DNA of 64,000 nucleotides from Candidatus Heimdallarchaeota archaeon (GTDB lineage: Archaea > Asgardarchaeota > Heimdallarchaeia > JABLTI01): NCBI GenBank assembly GCA_019056785.1, contig DXJV01000029.1:89731-153730 (forward strand). Reading direction: 5' to 3'. The notes under the pieces are model-generated. The model was given only the letters and a program-made list of their open reading frames with translations, made no database searches and was not told the DNA's origin. Of the stretch, positions 58,746 to 64,000 are shown in pieces. How positions within the stretch are numbered: the stretch's first letter is position 1; each line of letters begins with the position of its first letter. The position numbers were made by a program, and so were the translations under genes.

Positions 58746-60296
58746 ATGGTTCCCCGCAGAGAGAAGCACATAAAAGAATTAAACACCATCCGAAAAAACC
58801 TGTCACAGGTTGCATTAAAGATAGCTTTTTGTTACCCAAATACCTATCAGGCAGGAATGGCTTCGCTCGGGTTACAACTCATTTACCGGCTTTGGAATAG
58901 TTATGAGGAGGTGGCATGTGAGCGGACATTTTTACCCCTATATAAAGAGACAGAACCGTATACTCTCGAGTCTAATCAACCCTTACGAGAAATGGATGTT
59001 CTTGCCTTTACTATGCAATATGAAGATGATTATACGAACATCCTCAAAATCCTCCAGCGAGCCAAAATACCACTTCGTTCTTCCGATCGGGATGAACGCC
59101 ATCCACTGATCCTAGCAGGAGGTCCTTGTTGCCAGGCAAATCCAACACCAATGGCCCCTTTTATTGATGCATTTTTTATTGGCGACCTTGAACCTGTAAA
59201 TGATCAGCTATTAATACAAGGCCTTTTAGAGCCACGAACACGTGCCGAGAGAATGGCCGTTTTAGATACTTTTGATTGGGTGTGGGTGCCCTCACTTTCA
59301 CGGGAGAAAACAGTGAAATTTGCACCAAAGGGTGACTTGAATGACTACTTCTACCCCATAAAACAAATTATCCCTCAAGTAGAACCAGGAGAAGATTTTT
59401 ACGGCGTTTTTGGTAAGACATTTATGCTCGAAGTGGTGCGAGGTTGTAATCGTAGTTGTTCATTTTGTCTGACAGGAAAAATAACACGACCAAAAAGGGA
59501 TCGCTCCTTGCAAAAACTGCTAGAACTTTACCGGCAAGGGACAAAAGAATGTGCAGTAGATAAAACCTCGTTGATTGGTTCAGGAATCTCAGATTATAAA
59601 GAGCTTGAAACACTCTGTGAAAGCATTATTAACGATGGTTTAAAATTCTCACTGCCAGCCATCCGAGCTGACAAAATCACTGCACGGCTTGTTCAAAGTA
59701 TCGTTGCTAGCAAACAAAGAACAATTACAACAGCACCCGAAGCAGGAACCGATGAGCTGAGAAAAAGGATCTGTAAGCGGATAACAAACGAAGAAATCCT
59801 GGAAGCCACACAGATAGCTTCAGAGGGAGGGTTAACAAGGTTAAAAGCCTATTTCATCTTGGGTTTGCCATCAGAAACAAAAGACGATGTAGAAGCGATT
59901 ATTACCTTAGCAGAGCAGATGGCTCGTATTGGCAACAAACTTCGAACCTTCCGTTTTACAGCAGGATATTTCATCCCAAAACCACGAACAGCATTCCAAA
60001 ACAGGCCCATTCTTTCTTTGCAGGAGATGCTAACACGTGGAAAATTCTTACTAAAAGCAAGCTCCCGAGTTCCAAGAGTGACGTTTGAAGTTTCTAGTGC
60101 AAAATGGGCACAAATCCAGACATTACTTTCGATCAGTGGAGAAGAAATCGCGCCTGCACTTGAAAGTGCTGCTAAACAAGGTGGAAAACTTGGCGACTGG
60201 CGAATTGCGCTTGAAAACCACGGCATACAACTCGAAACAATAATTGAAAAACCCAGAGAAAGAACAGAGCAGCCCTGGGAATTCATTAAAATATGA
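58746..60296 (+). CDS. Radical SAM protein with B12-binding-like N-terminal domain
   Basis: YPN.Y..GMASLG, AGGP....NP.P, EVVRGCNRSCSFC (CxxxCxxC), APEAG, YFILGLP.ET and FIPKP.T.FQ. Confidence 0.9.
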   Translation: MVPRREKHIKELNTIRKNLSQVALKIAFCYPNTYQAGMASLGLQLIYRLWNSYEEVACERTFLPLYKETEPYTLESNQPLREMDVLAFTMQYEDDYTNILKILQRAKIPLRSSDRDERHPLILAGGPCCQANPTPMAPFIDAFFIGDLEPVNDQLLIQGLLEPRTRAERMAVLDTFDWVWVPSLSREKTVKFAPKGDLNDYFYPIKQIIPQVEPGEDFYGVFGKTFMLEVVRGCNRSCSFCLTGKITRPKRDRSLQKLLELYRQGTKECAVDKTSLIGSGISDYKELETLCESIINDGLKFSLPAIRADKITARLVQSIVASKQRTITTAPEAGTDELRKRICKRITNEEILEATQIASEGGLTRLKAYFILGLPSETKDDVEAIITLAEQMARIGNKLRTFRFTAGYFIPKPRTAFQNRPILSLQEMLTRGKFLLKASSRVPRVTFEVSSAKWAQIQTLLSISGEEIAPALESAAKQGGKLGDWRIALENHGIQLETIIEKPRERTEQPWEFIKI

Positions 60297-60313
60297 GAAT
60301 TTACACAAAAGGC

Positions 60314-60697
60314 TTATTCTTCATGAATAACATGAAAATAATAGCCGGCTTCTTTTTTTGGGCCAAAGCTTCGGAGTCCTTCTTTTTCTAATTGTTCTCG
60401 AAGTTTTTGTGCTTGCTCAGTTGTAAGCTCTCCTTTTTTCTCGAGGAACGTGATGATCTCATGTGCTTGTGCTGCAGTCTCACACCGTCGCAAGAAGTCG
60501 ATAACTGTAGGGTCATAACCCGCTAGACGATACGGGTCAAATTTTACCCCGGCTTGTTGCTCAGCCTTAGTTTCCTCTTCTAATTTAACTTCAATTTCTT
60601 TAGCTTTTTCTTCCCCGAGATAACGCAAAGGTATCATTTTCTTCTTTTTGCGCATCTCTTCTTCGAGAGCGGGATATTGGCTTTCTTTTTTCGTCAA
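60314..60697 (-). CDS. DUF2095 family protein
   Basis: YPAL..E, GYDPTVIDFLRRC.T...A.EII.FLEK.GE and LRSFG.KK..GYY. Confidence 0.85.
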   Translation of the reverse strand: MTKKESQYPALEEEMRKKKKMIPLRYLGEEKAKEIEVKLEEETKAEQQAGVKFDPYRLAGYDPTVIDFLRRCETAAQAHEIITFLEKKGELTTEQAQKLREQLEKEGLRSFGPKKEAGYYFHVIHEE

Positions 60698-60715
60698 GTA
60701 AACACCTCTTCTGGT

Positions 60716-61921
60716 TTAATGCGCATCAGCCGCATTAATTTTAATGACATCACCATCTTGCAGCTCGTAATTCTCACCAATGCGCCGTTGCGTTTTAACA
60801 AGAATGGCATTAATAAAAGAGTTTGCCAAGTCTTGATGAATCATCCCGGCAAATTCGCGGGCTGTGGTCCCCCGGGGAACCAAATAAACATCTGGCAAGA
60901 TATTCCCATTGTGATCGGTGTATTGATGTTGGTCCTCCACAGGATAAACAGCGATCACATCCAGGATGTCAAAAACAGCACGGTTTATGAGCGCTTGAAC
61001 GCCTGTAGAGCCATAAACTTGGAGAATGTTGGTGCGAATTTTCTCGAGAGCTTTTTTATCTTTCTCAGCAAGCTTCTCAGGTTGCAAAATAGTGAAATCC
61101 GAATCACCTGGAGTGTAAGAAATAACCCCTTCTTCAGCAAACTTTCTGAGGAAGTATTCTGCAAGAGCAGAACAGGGGATAAGATCGTCGCCATATTTTT
61201 CTTTCAGGCGTTGATAGTTTTTTGCAGCCTCGGGGATGTCGATTTTATTGGCAGCATAAACTATGGGTTTAGCTATCTCACGCAGAATCTTCAAGAAATT
61301 AAAGAGCTCATCATCTGTCCATTTGGTAGGGATAGAGGGATTCACGCCTGATTTGTTCAAAGCCTGTCGGATTTGCTGCTGAGTGATTTTCAAGCCGGCA
61401 AACTTGTCGCTTAAAAGCTTATCAATAGGAATACGCTCAGTCTCGGCTGTCCGGCTTATTTTCTGCCAATCCTTCCGTACGAGTTGTTCCATCCATTTAA
61501 CCACTTCGGTTTCGAGAAAGGCAATGTCCTTTTCAGGGTCGTAACTCCCGCGCTCAATTTGATTGCCATCAGCATCAAGCGAACCGGAAAAGTCCACAAC
61601 ATGAATTAATACATCAGCACGACGAAGGTCATCCAGGAGTTGATTGCCCATACCACGCCCTTTCCAGGCATCAGGGACAAGGCCAGCAACATCCAACATT
61701 TGGATCGGAACTAAACGGACACGATTGAGACAGAGAGAATTTTGAGGGTTACACGTCACGTCCAGCTCCTTGCAAACACAGGGAATGCGGACATAGCCGG
61801 TGCCAGGAACAGGTTCGATAGTAGTGAAGGGATAATCACCTGTCTTTGAGGAAGTCAAACAGGCAGCATTTAGAAAGGTGCTTTTTCCGCTGGAAGGTTT
61901 TCCAACAATACCAATTAACAA
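60716..61921 (-). CDS. ychF: Archaeal YchF/OLA1-family translation-associated GTPase/ATPase with TGS domain
   Basis: GKPSSGKST, YPFTTIEP, DVAGLVP.A..GRG.GN, NKID and C-terminal TGS (IH.DL...F). Confidence 0.93.
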   Translation of the reverse strand: MLIGIVGKPSSGKSTFLNAACLTSSKTGDYPFTTIEPVPGTGYVRIPCVCKELDVTCNPQNSLCLNRVRLVPIQMLDVAGLVPDAWKGRGMGNQLLDDLRRADVLIHVVDFSGSLDADGNQIERGSYDPEKDIAFLETEVVKWMEQLVRKDWQKISRTAETERIPIDKLLSDKFAGLKITQQQIRQALNKSGVNPSIPTKWTDDELFNFLKILREIAKPIVYAANKIDIPEAAKNYQRLKEKYGDDLIPCSALAEYFLRKFAEEGVISYTPGDSDFTILQPEKLAEKDKKALEKIRTNILQVYGSTGVQALINRAVFDILDVIAVYPVEDQHQYTDHNGNILPDVYLVPRGTTAREFAGMIHQDLANSFINAILVKTQRRIGENYELQDGDVIKINAADAH

Positions 61922-62006
61922 ATTCGATTTTTCTCCTGCGAGCTTTGTACAATAGCCCAGTTTATTTTAATAACGAGTTAATCTTTAATATACTTTCTCA
62001 AGAACA

Positions 62007-62600
62007 TCATTTCTGGTAAAGATTTTCCAAATAGGCATTTTGAATGGCAACAATTTCCTTGCTACTGGAAGCGGCACTGTAAGCTTCGAGGAGCGCGCCA
62101 TTCAATTGGAAAAAGGATTCACCCCATTTGAAACCGTCTAAGAGAAAACGAGCAGCCTCTTTAAAACCAAGAATATAAAGAGCAGCAGCCAATGCCTCAG
62201 CAGTGCTTAGCTTACAGGGTTTGCCATAATTAATGGAATTCGCAGCAATAAGATAAGGGAGAATCCGATGGACAAAACGCCAGCGAGGACGACGGGGAGA
62301 AGAACCCGCTTCTTGCCGACCGAAAAACTGTTGCGCTTGTGCCCACGAACAGTCAAAAGCAACAAGACCTTTTGTTTGAATGAGAGGGAGATCCTCAATA
62401 GAGAGCGCTTTCTGACAAAAAGGATTTAAAAGAACGCTGTTCTTAGGAACGGCACTTAAACGCGTCGTGAGGGTAATCTTACCGAGTTTATGCAATTTGA
62501 CAGCAGTGTTCTTTTTAGGATCATCTTGCCGGGTATAGAAAACATACAAGCGAAGACCATATAAGGACTGGACAAGGGGGAGGGATTGGTCGTGAGACAT
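62007..62600 (-). CDS. tsr3: 16S rRNA aminocarboxypropyltransferase Tsr3
   Basis: QDDPKKNTA.KL, LNP, DCSW, R.LP.LIAAN.INYGKP.KLSTAEA.AAAL and FKWG..F..LN..LL..Y. Start set at ATG 62600. Confidence 0.93.
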   Translation of the reverse strand: MSHDQSLPLVQSLYGLRLYVFYTRQDDPKKNTAVKLHKLGKITLTTRLSAVPKNSVLLNPFCQKALSIEDLPLIQTKGLVAFDCSWAQAQQFFGRQEAGSSPRRPRWRFVHRILPYLIAANSINYGKPCKLSTAEALAAALYILGFKEAARFLLDGFKWGESFFQLNGALLEAYSAASSSKEIVAIQNAYLENLYQK

Positions 62601-62804
62601 GGTAAAATACACAAGAGAGGGAGTTTTTAAGGTTACTCGGAATTTTTTCATATAAAAATTTATTATTGAGAATCGAATCTTATTAATACGAAAAGAATTT
62701 GAACCAAAAACTATCTAAATAAAGAAAGAAATAAGTTAAAAAGAAGAGCAAAAAACAAGAAACAACAAACAAAAAGGCATGAGCAAGTAAAATGGTGTAA
62801 GCAA

Positions 62805-63035
62805 ATGGTAGAAGCCTATGTATTGATAAATGTTAAAGGCGGCTCAGAAAGCGAATTATTCGAAAAATTGGCAAAGATAAATGAAGTAGAAGAAATCGCA
62901 CTAGTGTGGGGGCTATTTGACATCATAATGAAAATAAAAGCAGAGTCGGCAAATGCACTAGATAAACTAGTAAGCGATGAAATAAGAAAATACTCAAACA
63001 TTTCCAGCACCATGACAATGTTAATTCGACAGTAG
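62805..63035 (+). CDS. Stand-alone Lrp/AsnC ligand-binding (RAM) domain protein
   Basis: AYVLINV..G.E, V.G.FDII.KI and IR....I.ST.T. Confidence 0.88.
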   Translation: MVEAYVLINVKGGSESELFEKLAKINEVEEIALVWGLFDIIMKIKAESANALDKLVSDEIRKYSNISSTMTMLIRQ

Positions 63036-63099
63036 TTGGGGAATAAATTTCTCTTTTTTTGTCTGCTTTTTTCGGTGTGAGGATTTTTAGTTTTCTTTT

Positions 63100-63852
63100 T
63101 CAATTGTCTGAGACCACTCTATTTCCACATACGCTACAGAACTCGCTGTCTGCATCTATATATGATCCGCAGTATTCACAAATTAACGGTTCTGAGCCAT
63201 TGCTTGTTGCTGTTGTTGTTTGTGTTTGTTCCATATACGCGCTTCTGCTTGGGCTTTCCGTTGGCATATAATATGGTTCTGGTATTTGAGATGGTGATGA
63301 TGGTGGTGCTCTATAGTCATTGTTTCCTGCTTCACTTGTGACTAGTTGTCCTCTTGGCACCTGAGCGCTTTTTGCCACATGTTCTTTTTTGAATGGGCTT
63401 ATCAGTCCGGACAGTACACCGATTATTGTTGTGGTGACTATAACGACTAAATAACCATATAGGAGATTTGCTTCTGTAAGCAAGCTTGCATCAAAAGTTC
63501 CACCTTCCTCCATGAAATAGTAATACAACCCTATTGACGTATAGATTGTTACAATACTTATCAGACCACCCCGTGCTGAATGTTTCTTTCTATAGAAAAA
63601 GCTGCAAACAAAGGCGGAAACTACCCATGGCAGAAATGCTAAAACGATTCTGATGGCATCTGCCGGGATAAAGAATACGTTTATCGGTTCCATTATTGCT
63701 GTTTCGAATACTTGCATGAGTTCTATCCAATTAGCACTTGCCAGGTTGGTAAAGTAATATGTAGTCGACACTCCATCCAAATAGATTTGTATGAACAAAT
63801 AGCTTGGTAAGGTAATAAACAGAGTTGTAAAGAAGGCTTTAAGATAACCCAT
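63100..63852 (-). CDS. Membrane protein with C-terminal zinc ribbon
   Basis: Four TM helices, S/P/T-rich linker, CEYCG...FCSVCG. Start set at ATG 63852. Confidence 0.8.
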   Translation of the reverse strand: MGYLKAFFTTLFITLPSYLFIQIYLDGVSTTYYFTNLASANWIELMQVFETAIMEPINVFFIPADAIRIVLAFLPWVVSAFVCSFFYRKKHSARGGLISIVTIYTSIGLYYYFMEEGGTFDASLLTEANLLYGYLVVIVTTTIIGVLSGLISPFKKEHVAKSAQVPRGQLVTSEAGNNDYRAPPSSPSQIPEPYYMPTESPSRSAYMEQTQTTTATSNGSEPLICEYCGSYIDADSEFCSVCGNRVVSDN

Positions 63853-64000
63853 GATGTGTGTACTCCGAATTTGATTTATAAGCAAAAAGATATTGGTGAC
63901 AATCTAATAAAAACATATGTAATCTGACAAAAAAGAATGACCTTATGGGATGACAACTACTATGCTCAAGTTTGCCGAACTCCAAACAGCCACAGCGGCA

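Noticed and set aside
60677-61351. 224-aa + strand ORF
   Set aside because: Almost entirely antisense to the conserved ychF gene; no motifs.
1-64000. CRISPR arrays, rRNA genes, integrases/transposases, inteins in PolC, and UGA-recoded selenoproteins
   Set aside because: No regularly spaced repeats or such genes were seen. DP2 is of normal length. No conserved ORF appears truncated at an in-frame TGA.
63943-64000. Possible 3' end of a minus-strand CDS (…AAVAVWSSANLSIVVVIP*)
   Set aside because: Only 18 codons are visible; too little to support a call.

Overview
A 64 kb stretch of archaeal chromosome, AT-rich and gene-dense. It is very probably from an Asgard archaeon (Heimdallarchaeia-like). 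Housekeeping markers are archaeal: DP2 polymerase, archaeal-type LeuRS, eL33/L35Ae, Tsr3, RibL, archaeal YchF, DUF2095 and BHB-type tRNA introns. Eukaryotic-signature proteins are interspersed: Vps4 next to ESCRT-II Vps25, a roadblock protein, longin/uDENN proteins, a folliculin-like DENN domain, a gelsolin-like domain and a LIM/DA1 peptidase. There are three tRNA genes: Gly-GCC, Lys-CTT with a canonical intron, and Asn-GTT with a non-canonical D-loop intron. I saw no rRNA, CRISPR array, integrase or transposase. The most notable observations are: (i) a five-gene complex-I/Mrp-like membrane module (NuoA/J/K/L/N-like) that lacks all redox subunits and has lost most proton-channel residues, lying downstream of longin- and folliculin-DENN-like genes; (ii) a uDENN/longin-gelsolin fusion; (iii) a prodomain-less, site-1-protease-like subtilase abutting the ESCRT genes; (iv) a membrane-anchored HEPN protein; (v) an RNase HII-like pseudoenzyme beside translin; (vi) eL33 with a histone-H1-like tail; and (vii) a pair of novel Cys-rich microproteins. 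All family calls come from motif recognition by eye, not database searches.
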